Origin: Frankiales bacterium
GTDB taxonomy: Bacteria > Actinomycetota > Actinomycetes > Mycobacteriales > SCTD01
Direction: 5' to 3'
Length of the DNA: 64,000 nt
Assembly (NCBI GenBank): GCA_025465135.1
Contig: JAODNA010000084.1
Location: forward strand, 2,599 to 66,598
The stretch's first letter is position 1. Every line of letters begins with the position of its first letter. Made by a program: the position numbers and the translations under genes. Under the pieces are notes generated by a model, which was given only the letters and a program-made list of their open reading frames with translations, searched no databases and was not told the DNA's origin. This document shows, piece by piece, positions 1-8,753 of this stretch.

Positions 1-597
1 GATGAGCTCTACCTGCTTGGTGGCCGTGCCGCCACGGACGAGGGTGATGTACGGCGCCGTTGCGCCGTCGACGGTCCACGGCCCCTTGGCGTAGGTGATC
101 CACTCGCGGTCGAAGAACGGCGTCTTGATCGGCGCCTCGGCGACCTCCCACTTCTTGCTCGCAGCGGTGTACCTCACGCCCTGCAGGTGGTCGCCCGTGT
201 AGGGGTCCCAGCCGATGCCGAAGATGTCGCCGCCGGGGCCGCCGACGAGGGCGCCCTCGCCGTTGTAGAGCGGGGTGAGGAAGTCGACCTGCGTCCACGT
301 CTTGCCGTGGTCGTCGCTGTAGTAGGGGTAGCTGCCGCCGTACTCCAGCAGCCGGTTGCCCAGCGTCGACACGTAGGTCTCGCAGCAGTTGCCGCCGGTC
401 GCCGTCCAGTGCCACGCGGTCTTGGTCACGTGACCCTTGGCGTCGAACGTGCGGTAGGCCGCGGCGTGGGACGTCGACGGGTAGGCCTTCGGCGTGGCCG
501 GGGCCCCCGGGATCGGCGGCCCGGCGATGGCGGAGCCGATCGCAAGGGCGGACAGGGCCGCAACGGCCAGCGAGAGGCGACGGGTACGACGGTTCAT
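1..597 (-). CDS. Secreted BNR/Asp-box repeat protein (sialidase-fold-like); its C-terminal part is cut by the window edge
   Basis: Absent from the ORF track because it runs off the edge. Reverse-strand ATG at 597 gives MNRRTRRLSLAVAALSALAIGSAIAGPP (signal peptide). An Asp-box SDDHGKTW is present. Frame checked at 300..241 (TWTQVDFLTPLYNGEGALVG). Confidence 0.7.
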   Translation of the reverse strand, partial: MNRRTRRLSLAVAALSALAIGSAIAGPPIPGAPATPKAYPSTSHAAAYRTFDAKGHVTKTAWHWTATGGNCCETYVSTLGNRLLEYGGSYPYYSDDHGKTWTQVDFLTPLYNGEGALVGGPGGDIFGIGWDPYTGDHLQGVRYTAASKKWEVAEAPIKTPFFDREWITYAKGPWTVDGATAPYITLVRGGTATKQVELI

Positions 598-692
598 GCC
601 CGTTCTCTTCGCGATCCGGGCCGCTTTCCCTGCCCGGGGACTCCACAGGCGGCTCACAGCCTGCTCACAGGCTCGGCCGTCAGACTGACCCG

Positions 693-1400
693 GTGATCAC
701 ATCCGAGTCCGAGGCCAAGCTGCTCGTCGTCGACGACGAGCCCAACATCGTCGAGCTGCTCTCGGCGAGCCTGCGCTTCGCCGGGTTCGACGTGGCGAGC
801 GCCTCCAACGGCGCCGACGCGCTGCAGCTCGCCAGGACCTTCCGGCCCGACCTGCTCGTGCTCGACGTGATGATGCCGGAGATGGACGGCTTCGACCTCG
901 TCCGCCGGCTCCGCAGCGAGGGCAGCCGCACGCCGGTCGTCTTCCTCACCGCCCGCGACGCGACCGAGGACAAGGTCACCGGGCTGACCCTCGGCGGCGA
1001 CGACTACGTCACCAAGCCCTTCAGCCTGGAGGAGGTGGTCGCGCGGATCCGCGCGGTCCTCCGTCGTACCGCCGAAGGCCCGTCCTCGCCGCAGGCCGCC
1101 CGCGTCTCGTTCGCCGACATCGAGCTCGACGACGAGACGCACGAGGTCTGGAAGGGCGGCGTCGCCGTCTCGCTCTCGCCGACGGAGTTCAAGCTGCTGA
1201 GGTACTTCCTGCAGAACGCGGGCCGGGTGCTGTCGAAGGCGCAGATCCTCGACCACGTCTGGAACTACGACTTCGGTGGCGACGCCAACGTCGTGGAGTC
1301 CTACGTCTCCTACCTGCGGCGCAAGATCGACACCACCGAGCCGCGGCTGCTGCACACGCTGCGCGGGGTCGGCTACGTCCTGCGGCGCGCGCCGCAGTGA
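693..1400 (+). CDS. OmpR/PhoB-family response regulator
   Basis: Receiver domain (LLVVDDEPNIVELL, DLLVLDVMMPEMDG) plus a winged-helix output domain (LSPTEFKLLRYF, LRGVGYVL). It overlaps the downstream kinase start. Confidence 0.93.
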   Translation: MITSESEAKLLVVDDEPNIVELLSASLRFAGFDVASASNGADALQLARTFRPDLLVLDVMMPEMDGFDLVRRLRSEGSRTPVVFLTARDATEDKVTGLTLGGDDYVTKPFSLEEVVARIRAVLRRTAEGPSSPQAARVSFADIELDDETHEVWKGGVAVSLSPTEFKLLRYFLQNAGRVLSKAQILDHVWNYDFGGDANVVESYVSYLRRKIDTTEPRLLHTLRGVGYVLRRAPQ

Positions 1401-2860
1401 CCAACCGGCTGCAGAGCCTGTCGGCCCGCACTCCCTTGCGGGTCAAGCTCGTCGCTGCCTTGACGGCCCTCGTCGCACTCGCGCTCGTGGTGACCGGCCT
1501 TGCGGCGGCGACGGCACTGCGCGGCTACCTCGTCAGCCGGGTCGATGCCAACCTCGCTGCGTCGGTGCAGGGCCGCGGTGGCCTCGAGCCGCCGCCGGAC
1601 GGCACCCGCCGGGGACCGCATCGCCCGGACGACTACGCGTTGCAGATCTCGTCGACCGCGGGGGTCGTCGTCCGGCCGTTTGTCTTCGACAGCGCCGGGA
1701 CGTCTCCGCCGGCGCTGCCCACGTTGACCGCTGCGCTGGTGAGCCAGCACCGCGAACGGCCGTACACCGTCTCGTCCAAGAGCGGCGACAGGCAGTGGCG
1801 GGTCCTGCTGCTGCCGGCCACGTTGCAGGGAGCCGACGCGATCGTCGCGGTCGCGACGCCGCTCAGCGATGTCGACAGCACGGTGCAGCACCTCGAGCTG
1901 CTGGAGCTCGCCATCGGCGCAGTGGTGCTGCTGCTCTTCGCCGGGCTCGGCTACGGCGCCGTCCGGACCAGCCTGCGCCCGCTGGTCGAGGTGGAGGAGA
2001 CCGCGGAGGCCATCGCCGGCGGTGACCTCGCGCGCCGGGTGCCCGAGAGCGACCCGCGCACCGAGGTCGGCCGGCTCTCACGGGCCCTCAACGGCATGCT
2101 CGGTCAGATCGAGACCTCGTTCCTGGCGCAGCAGGCCTCCGAGCTCGGGGCCCGCCAGTCCGAGGAGCGGATGCGCCGGTTCGTGGCCGACGCGAGCCAC
2201 GAGCTGCGCACGCCATTGACGTCGATCCGGGGCTTCGCCGAGCTGTACCGGCAGGGAGCGGTGTCCGCGGCCGGTGAGCTGGACCGCGTGATGAAGCGCG
2301 TCGAGGACGAGGCCGCGCGCATGGGACTGCTCGTCGACGACCTGCTGCTCCTCGCGCGTCTCGACCAGCAGCGCCCGTTGCAGCGCGAACCGGTGGACCT
2401 CCTCCAGCTCGCCGGCGATGCGGCCCACGACGCCGCCGCCGTCGACCCGGAGCGCGACGTGTCCGTCGAGGTCACGGGCGATGGAGCGCCCGTCGTGCTC
2501 GGCGACGACGCGCGGCTGCGCCAGGTGTTCGGCAACCTGCTGACCAACGCGCTCACCCACACGCCACCCGGCACGGCCATCCGGCTGAGCGTCGGCGCGG
2601 ACAACGCCAGCGGGCTGGCCGCGGTCGAGGTCAGCGATGACGGCGCCGGGCTGTCGCCGGAGCAGTCAGCCCGGATCTTCGAGCGCTTCTACCGGGCGGA
2701 CGCGTCCCGCAGCCGCGCGCACGGCGGCGCGGGCCTCGGGCTGTCCATCGTCGCCGCACTCGTCGCTGCGCACGGCGGCCGCGTCGAGGTCGAGAGCGAG
2801 CCGGGACACGGATCGACGTTCCGCGTGCTGCTGCCGCTGGCGCCGTCGTACGCCACCTGA
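1397..2860 (+). CDS. Sensor histidine kinase (TM-HAMP-HisKA-HATPase_c)
   Basis: H-box FVADASHELRTPLTSIRG, N/G boxes (NLLTNALTHTP, DDGAGL, GGAGLGLSIV) and an N-terminal TM segment. 4-nt overlap with the regulator. Confidence 0.93.
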   Translation: MTNRLQSLSARTPLRVKLVAALTALVALALVVTGLAAATALRGYLVSRVDANLAASVQGRGGLEPPPDGTRRGPHRPDDYALQISSTAGVVVRPFVFDSAGTSPPALPTLTAALVSQHRERPYTVSSKSGDRQWRVLLLPATLQGADAIVAVATPLSDVDSTVQHLELLELAIGAVVLLLFAGLGYGAVRTSLRPLVEVEETAEAIAGGDLARRVPESDPRTEVGRLSRALNGMLGQIETSFLAQQASELGARQSEERMRRFVADASHELRTPLTSIRGFAELYRQGAVSAAGELDRVMKRVEDEAARMGLLVDDLLLLARLDQQRPLQREPVDLLQLAGDAAHDAAAVDPERDVSVEVTGDGAPVVLGDDARLRQVFGNLLTNALTHTPPGTAIRLSVGADNASGLAAVEVSDDGAGLSPEQSARIFERFYRADASRSRAHGGAGLGLSIVAALVAAHGGRVEVESEPGHGSTFRVLLPLAPSYAT

Positions 2861-2951
2861 ACTCACAGCAACCTGCCAGGTGCCTCCCATGGTTGGCACA
2901 AGCACCGCGGCGCACAGTGGACGTACGGCCTACTCAACGAGGAGTGCGCGC

Positions 2952-3611
2952 ATGGACGAGATCACCAACGGCCCGCAGCAGCACGGGCGCCGTCTCACCC
3001 GCCGGGTGGGCATCGCGGCGGCTGCCGGCCTCGGGATCACCCTCGGCGCAGCCGGCATCGCTGCTGCGGCCGCGGATCCGTCCCCGACGCCGTCCGGCGG
3101 TACGACGGCGCAGACAGCCCCGCAGGCCCCGCCCCCGGGAGCTCCCGGGCCGGGGGGTCCTCGGCGCGGTCCCGGTGGCGGCCATCGCGGCGATCGAGGG
3201 ATCGGCGGCCCGCAGGGAGCCCTGCACGGCGAGTTCGTGGTGCCGGACGGCAAGGGCGGCTTCCGCTCCGTGCGGACCCAGCGCGGCGTGGTGACCGCGG
3301 TGAGCAGCACCGCCCTGACCGTCAAGAGCGAGGACGGCTACACGAAGGACTACGTCCTGACAACGGCCACACTGGTCGACGCCGGCCGCGACGGGATCGC
3401 CACGGTCACCGAGGGGGAGACGGTCGCCGTCATGGCGACGGTCAGCGGCGACACGGCGACGGCCGACGACGTCCGTGACCTGACGAAGATCCAGGCTGAG
3501 CGCAAGATGCTCGCGCCGCGGCGCGGGCCGGGCGCGGCCGACCCGGCTCCGAGCGGGACGCCGGCAAGTCCGAGCAGCTACGACGGCACGGGGGACGCCG
3601 TCGGCGCCTGA
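2952..3611 (+). CDS. Secreted hypothetical protein downstream of the two-component system
   Basis: ATG 2952 is preceded by acgaggag. N-terminus MDEITNGPQQHGRRLTRRVGIAAAAGLGITLGAAGIAAAAA looks like an RR-containing signal, followed by a Pro/Gly-rich linker. The upstream part of track ORF 2637.. overlaps the kinase and was discarded. Confidence 0.6.
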   Translation: MDEITNGPQQHGRRLTRRVGIAAAAGLGITLGAAGIAAAAADPSPTPSGGTTAQTAPQAPPPGAPGPGGPRRGPGGGHRGDRGIGGPQGALHGEFVVPDGKGGFRSVRTQRGVVTAVSSTALTVKSEDGYTKDYVLTTATLVDAGRDGIATVTEGETVAVMATVSGDTATADDVRDLTKIQAERKMLAPRRGPGAADPAPSGTPASPSSYDGTGDAVGA

Positions 3612-4087
3612 CCGACGACGGTGGCGAGGCACTCGGGCTCGGGCTGAAGGGCCTCGACGAGCCTCGTGCTGATCTCGCGCAGCTGCCGCACCTGGTCGGG
3701 CGTGAGCGGGTCGAAGACGTGGCGGCGCACACCCGCGACGTGGCCGGGTGCGGCGGCGGCGAGGGCGGCGAAGCCCTGGTCGGTCAGCCGGGCGATCTGA
3801 CCGCGCTTGTCGGACGCGCAGGTCTCCCGGCGTACCCAGCCCTTGTCCTCGAGTCGCGCGACCGCATGGGACAACCGGCTGCGAGAGCTCTGGGAGCGGT
3901 CGGCCAGGGCGCTCATCCGCAGCGACCGCTCCGGCGCCTCGGACAGGCGGACGAGGATCTCGTAGTAGCCGTGCGGGATCGAGCTGTCCCGCTGCAGCTC
4001 ACGGTCGAGCTGCTCGAAGACCAGCTGGGTGGCGCCGAGGAAGGCGCGCCAGGTCTGCTGCTCCTCGGGGTCGAGCCATCGCGTCAT
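3578..4087 (-). CDS. MarR-family transcriptional regulator
   Basis: Winged-HTH pattern YYEILVRLSEAPERSLRMSALADRSQSSRSRLSHAVARLEDKGWVRRE..DKRG. Confidence 0.85.
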   Translation of the reverse strand: MTRWLDPEEQQTWRAFLGATQLVFEQLDRELQRDSSIPHGYYEILVRLSEAPERSLRMSALADRSQSSRSRLSHAVARLEDKGWVRRETCASDKRGQIARLTDQGFAALAAAAPGHVAGVRRHVFDPLTPDQVRQLREISTRLVEALQPEPECLATVVGQAPTASPVPS

Positions 4088-4179
4088 GCCGCCATCCTAC
4101 GCCGATTCGTTGAGATCTCAACATTCACAGCCGGGTGTCACTCCCCGATTCTGTCCGCCTCCGATGGAACGCTGTGATC

Positions 4180-4710
4180 ATGACCCCGACGTCGCCGCAT
4201 GCCGCCGAGGTGTTCGGCCAGCTGCGCCTCGCCGTCTCGCGGGAGCTCGACACCGCGGAGGTCTCCGCCCTGCTCGACGACCTGATCGGCCGCGGCTGGC
4301 GGCCGTGGCAGCTCCGGCACCGGGTGGGCATCCTGCCGACGCAGGCCAGCAGTCTGCAGGACGCCGAGGTGATCACCGCGCTCCTGCGCCAGCTGCTCGA
4401 GGAGCCCTCGCCGCAGGCGCGCTACGACGAGGAGAAGGTGCGGCGCCGGCGTGAGCGGGCCGACGCCGAGCGGGATGCGCCGGTGCCCGCCGACCCCGAG
4501 CACCGCGACCGGTGGATCGCCGTGATCCGCACCGGCTTGAAGGGGCGGCCCCGGGTGGTGACGCCCGCCCCGATGCGCGTGCGACCCGACTGCGCGCTGT
4601 GCCAGGGCGAGTCCGACTTCTTCGTGCGTCGCGACGTGCACCTGTGCGCGCGGTGCGTCGACCTGCTCGCCGCGGGCGCTGTCACCGCCGAGCGGGAGAC
4701 CGGCAGCTGA
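4180..4710 (+). CDS. Hypothetical protein with a C-terminal CxxC...CxxC zinc-ribbon-like motif
   Basis: ORF 4135..4710. ATG 4180 (MTPTSPHAAE) is preferred. C-terminus reads CALCQGESDFFVRRDVHLCARC. No family recognised. Confidence 0.5.
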   Translation: MTPTSPHAAEVFGQLRLAVSRELDTAEVSALLDDLIGRGWRPWQLRHRVGILPTQASSLQDAEVITALLRQLLEEPSPQARYDEEKVRRRRERADAERDAPVPADPEHRDRWIAVIRTGLKGRPRVVTPAPMRVRPDCALCQGESDFFVRRDVHLCARCVDLLAAGAVTAERETGS

Positions 4711-4715
4711 GCGGT

Positions 4716-5900
4716 CTAGAACAGGCTGGCGAGCACTGACGTGTCGTCATCGGCAGGGCCCGCCGCATCCGCCGCGTCGATCAGTGCCGCGGCGACCGCG
4801 GCCGGCGTGGTGAGGCCTGCGGTGGCGTTCACCAGCACCTGGATGTCGAGCTCGGCCCGGTCCGGACCGCGGCGGTCGATCAGGCCGTCGCTGTACAGGA
4901 CGACCATGGCGCCCGCCGGCACGTGGGCGGCGACCTCGACCGGCGCGGGCAGCAGCTCGGTCGTCTCGAGGGCGAGCGGCTGGCCCGGCTCGAGCTCGAG
5001 CGGGGCGGCGACCCCGGCCACCAGCAGGAACGGCGCGGGATGCCCGGCGCTCGCGGCGCGCAGCAGTCCGTCCCTGGCGTGCACGACCACGGCCGTGACG
5101 AAGCCTCCGTCCGGTGTCTGCGGGCGCAGCGTGCGGTCGAGCAGCTCGAGCAGCTGCGCGGGGCCGTCCGCGGAGGGCGCGAGGGCACCCACGGCGACCC
5201 GTACGGCGGCGGCCCGGCCCGCGGCCGCCAGCCCGGAGCCGGAGACATCGGCCGCCACGAGCCACCGGCCGCCGTGCCCGTCGGGCAGCGCCAGCGCGAC
5301 ATCGCCGCCGAGCGGACCGCTCTGCGAGATCTGTCGTACGGCGGAGTGGGCCTCGTCGGCAGCGGGTTGCGGGGTCAGGCCGGCGATCACGGTCGACAGG
5401 TCTTCCGCCGTCCGATCCGAGCGCGCCGCGCGGGCAAGCGCCGCGCCGAGCGCGGTGGCCAGCCGCTGGAGCCTGACCAGGTCGCTGGGGTCGGTGGCCG
5501 GACCGGTGGTGAGGCTCAGCAGCAAGGCCCCGGGTGCCGCCGTACGGCGGCCGAAGGGCAGCGCGCACCAGGCCGGTCCGTCACCCTGCTGCACGAGCAG
5601 GCCGGTCCGGATGGCCTCGGCCGCAGGCAGCCCGCTGTCGAGCGGAAGGCGCGAACCGGCGCCCATGGTGTCGCAGCCGTAGCCGGCTGAGCCCACGACG
5701 ACCGCGTCGCCGTGACGTCGCTGGAGGACGGCCGCCGCCCGCACGCCGTCGAGGTCGAGCAGCACGCCGCAGAGGGCTTCACAGACGTCGAGGCAGGAGC
5801 CTGCCCCTGCCAGGGCGGCCAGCGCCTCGAGCAGTGCAGCCTCGGAAAGGCTCAGGGCGGGGCGGAGTGCCGGCGCGGGACGCGCGCGACCCGTACTCAC
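4716..5900 (-). CDS. PP2C/SpoIIE-family serine phosphatase with an N-terminal GAF-like sensor region
   Basis: C-terminal PP2C motifs (VAADVSGSGLAAA, VLYSDGLIDR, DDDTSVL). Start moved to GTG 5900, which follows ggggag. The upstream 94 codons of the track ORF are Arg/Ser-rich shadow frame. Confidence 0.8.
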   Translation of the reverse strand: MSTGRARPAPALRPALSLSEAALLEALAALAGAGSCLDVCEALCGVLLDLDGVRAAAVLQRRHGDAVVVGSAGYGCDTMGAGSRLPLDSGLPAAEAIRTGLLVQQGDGPAWCALPFGRRTAAPGALLLSLTTGPATDPSDLVRLQRLATALGAALARAARSDRTAEDLSTVIAGLTPQPAADEAHSAVRQISQSGPLGGDVALALPDGHGGRWLVAADVSGSGLAAAGRAAAVRVAVGALAPSADGPAQLLELLDRTLRPQTPDGGFVTAVVVHARDGLLRAASAGHPAPFLLVAGVAAPLELEPGQPLALETTELLPAPVEVAAHVPAGAMVVLYSDGLIDRRGPDRAELDIQVLVNATAGLTTPAAVAAALIDAADAAGPADDDTSVLASLF

Positions 5901-6021
5901 GGTGCTCCCCCTGCCCGGGTCCTCGAAGGACCCTGCCGCCAGGGTAGGCAGCGGTGGAGGATGCCGTCCATAACCAGCCGGGTGGTTACGGCTGTCTTCC
6001 CGCAACGGACAAGGGGGCCAG

Positions 6022-7524
6022 GTGAGTCGCGAGCTGCCGCTGCCGGAGCACGTGCGGGTGGCGATCGTGGGGAGCGGCTTCGCCGGCCTCGGGGCGGCGG
6101 TCCGGCTGCTGCAGGAGGGGCGCGAGGACTTCGTCGTCCTCGAGCGGGCCGAGGACCTCGGCGGCACCTGGCGCGACAACACCTACCCCGGTTGCGCCTG
6201 CGACGTGCAGTCGCACCTCTACTCGTTCTCCTTCGCCCCCAACCCGGACTGGTCGCGGGCGTTCTCCGGCGCGAGCGAGATCCACGCCTACCTGCAGCGG
6301 GTGGCCACCGACCACGGTGTGCGACCCCACCTGCGCTACGGCGCCGAGCTCCTCGCGGCGGCATGGGACGGCGCGGCCCAGCTGTGGCGGCTCACGACGT
6401 CGCGCGGTGACCTCACCGCCGACGTGCTCATCTCCGGGACCGGGCCGCTGAGCGATCCGCTGGTGCCCGAGCTGCCGGGGCTGGCGAGCTTCACCGGACG
6501 AGCCTTCCACTCGGCTCGCTGGGACCACGGCCACGACCTGACCGGTCGCAAGGTGGCCGTCGTCGGCACCGGCGCCTCTGCCATCCAGTTCGTGCCGGTG
6601 ATCGCGCAGCAGGCCGGCAGCCTGGTCGTCTTCCAGCGCACACCGCCCTGGGTGCTGCCGCGCTACGACCGCGCGATCAAGGCGTCGGCTCGGGCGAAGT
6701 ACCGCGCCGACCCGCGCCGGCAGCGCCGCGTCCGGGCCGCCATCTACTGGTTCCGCGAGCTCAACCTGCTGGCCTTCACGGGCGGTGGCCGGATGTCCCG
6801 GCTCGCCGAGAAGATGGCCCGGCGGCACCTCGCCAAGCAGGTGCCGGATCCGGTGCTGCGGGACAAGCTCACGCCGTCGTACCGCATCGGGTGCAAGCGC
6901 ATCCTGCTCAGTGACGACTACTACCCGGCACTCATCCGGTCGGACGTCGAGGTCGTCACCGCGCCTGTCGTCGAGGTGCGTCCGCACTCGGTCATCGACG
7001 GGGACGGTCGCGAGCACGAGGTCGACACCCTCGTCTTCGGCACCGGCTTCCACGTGACGGACCAGCCGATCGCGGATCGGCTCCGCGGCACCGACGGCCG
7101 CCTGCTGTCCGAGGTGTGGGGTCCCAGCCCGGAGGCCTACCTCGGTACGACGGTGCCCGGCTTCCCCAACCTGTTCCTGCTGCTGGGGCCCAACACCGTG
7201 CTCGGGCACACGTCGGTGGTCTACATGATCGAGGCGCAGCTCGCCTACGTGATGGACGCACTGCGCACGATGGATGCCCGGGGCGTGAGCTCGGTCGACG
7301 TGCGGGCTCGCGTTGTCGAGGCCTTCAACGCCGATCTCCAGGGCAAGCTGCAGGGCACCGTCTGGAACGCCGGCGGCTGCAAGAGCTGGTACCTGGATGC
7401 GGCCGGCCGCAACTCCTCGCTGTGGCCGACGTACACGTTCCGGTTCAAGAGGTCGACGCGCCGCTTCGACCCCGAGTCCTACGTCCTCCAGCGCCGCCCG
7501 ACGGACTCGCCCCCCGGCCGCTGA
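6022..7524 (+). CDS. Flavin-dependent (Baeyer-Villiger/EthA-like) monooxygenase
   Basis: FAD Rossmann motif VGSGFAGLG, GGTWRDNTYPG, BVMO fingerprint FTGRAFHSARW and a second Rossmann motif VVGTGASA. Confidence 0.88.
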   Translation: MSRELPLPEHVRVAIVGSGFAGLGAAVRLLQEGREDFVVLERAEDLGGTWRDNTYPGCACDVQSHLYSFSFAPNPDWSRAFSGASEIHAYLQRVATDHGVRPHLRYGAELLAAAWDGAAQLWRLTTSRGDLTADVLISGTGPLSDPLVPELPGLASFTGRAFHSARWDHGHDLTGRKVAVVGTGASAIQFVPVIAQQAGSLVVFQRTPPWVLPRYDRAIKASARAKYRADPRRQRRVRAAIYWFRELNLLAFTGGGRMSRLAEKMARRHLAKQVPDPVLRDKLTPSYRIGCKRILLSDDYYPALIRSDVEVVTAPVVEVRPHSVIDGDGREHEVDTLVFGTGFHVTDQPIADRLRGTDGRLLSEVWGPSPEAYLGTTVPGFPNLFLLLGPNTVLGHTSVVYMIEAQLAYVMDALRTMDARGVSSVDVRARVVEAFNADLQGKLQGTVWNAGGCKSWYLDAAGRNSSLWPTYTFRFKRSTRRFDPESYVLQRRPTDSPPGR

Positions 7525-7546
7525 GCCCACGTCTCATACGACGGCT

Positions 7547-7674
7547 GACGTGTGCGCGTCGCACGCGTGCGACGTGAGCGTGCGCCGCGCACACCCACCG
7601 GCAGTCGGCTGAGGTGTGCGCGTCCGACGCGTGCGACGTGAGCGTGCGCCGCGCACACCCACCGGCAGTCGTCG
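7547..7674. repeat. Two tandem ~64-bp copies of a palindrome-rich intergenic element
   Basis: 7547-7610 and 7611-7674 are about 95% identical. Copy 1 contains the 18-nt perfect palindrome cgtcgcacgcgtgcgacg, nested between gtgtgcgcg and cgcgcacac. The element lies between convergent genes. Confidence 0.85.
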
Positions 7675-7696
7675 TGGGCAGCGGCGAGAGGGTCGG

Positions 7697-8665
7697 CTAG
7701 TAGCGGGGGCCGACGGCGGCGGGGAGGGCGTCGAGCTCGGCGAGGTCGTCGGCGCTCAGCGTCACGAAGGCCGCGGCGGCGTTCTGCTCGAGGTAGGGAA
7801 GCTTCTTCGTGCCAGGGATCGGTACGACGGAGTCGCCCTGTGCCAGCACCCACGCCAGCGCGACCTGTGCCGGAGTCGCGTCGAGCCGGTCAGCGACGGC
7901 CTGCACGCGCGACACGATGGCGCTGTTGGCCGCCATCGCCTCGGCGGTGAAGCGCGGGTTGCGGGCCCGGAAGTCGGTGCTGTCGAAGTCGGCAGACGTG
8001 ACCGCACCGGTCAGGAAGCCGCGGCCCAGCGGTGAGAAGGGCAGGAAGCCCACGCCGTGCGACGTGCACCAGGGCAGCACCGCGGCCAGGACGTCGCGCG
8101 TCCACAGCGACAGCTCCGACTGAACCGTGGTGACCGGGTGGATCGCGTGTGCCCGCTCGAGCTCGGCGACACCGACCTCGGACAGGCCGAGGTAGCGGAC
8201 CTTGCCCTCGGTCACGAGCTCCGCCAGGACCCCCCAGCTCTCCTCCACCGGCACCGCCTCGTCGACGCGGTGGAGCTGGTACAGGTCGATGCGGTCGGTG
8301 CGGAGCCGGTGCAGCGACGCATCGATGCCGGCGCGGATGTGCTCGGGCCGGCCGTCCCGGGTGATGCCGTCCGGTCCAGCGACGAGACCGACCTTGGTCG
8401 CGAGGAAGGCCTCGTCACGTCGGCCTTCGAGCGCCCGGCCCACCAGCTCCTCGTTGGTGAACGGACCGTAGACATCCGAGGTGTCGATGAGCGTGACGCC
8501 CAGGTCGAGAGCTCGGCGGATGACCTGGACCGACTGCGCGTCGTCGCGCTCGGCGGCGCCGTACGCCCACGACATCCCCATGCAGCCGAGGCCGACCGCC
8601 CCGACATCGGGGCCGTCCAGGCCGAGCCGTCGGGTGGGCAGGCGGGCATCAGTCATGCCATCCAT
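7697..8665 (-). CDS. Aldo/keto reductase
   Basis: AKR motifs GLGCMGMS, DTSDVYG, GKVRYLGLSE, PIPGTKK. The start could be 8665 or ATG 8656. Confidence 0.9.
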   Translation of the reverse strand: MDGMTDARLPTRRLGLDGPDVGAVGLGCMGMSWAYGAAERDDAQSVQVIRRALDLGVTLIDTSDVYGPFTNEELVGRALEGRRDEAFLATKVGLVAGPDGITRDGRPEHIRAGIDASLHRLRTDRIDLYQLHRVDEAVPVEESWGVLAELVTEGKVRYLGLSEVGVAELERAHAIHPVTTVQSELSLWTRDVLAAVLPWCTSHGVGFLPFSPLGRGFLTGAVTSADFDSTDFRARNPRFTAEAMAANSAIVSRVQAVADRLDATPAQVALAWVLAQGDSVVPIPGTKKLPYLEQNAAAAFVTLSADDLAELDALPAAVGPRY

Positions 8666-8753
8666 CTTCCTGTGTCACCCGATCGGGTGACTCGGCACAC
8701 CCGGTCGAGGTCGAAGAACCGGACAACACAGACGTCGACGCCACCTGGAATCC

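Noticed and set aside
7313-7612. Track ORFs crossing the 64-bp tandem palindromes (7313..7612 +, 7479..7853 -, 7616..8035 +)
   Set aside because: They overlap the 3' ends of two well-supported convergent genes and the repeat. Their translations are Arg/Pro-rich, so the repeat is treated as intergenic.
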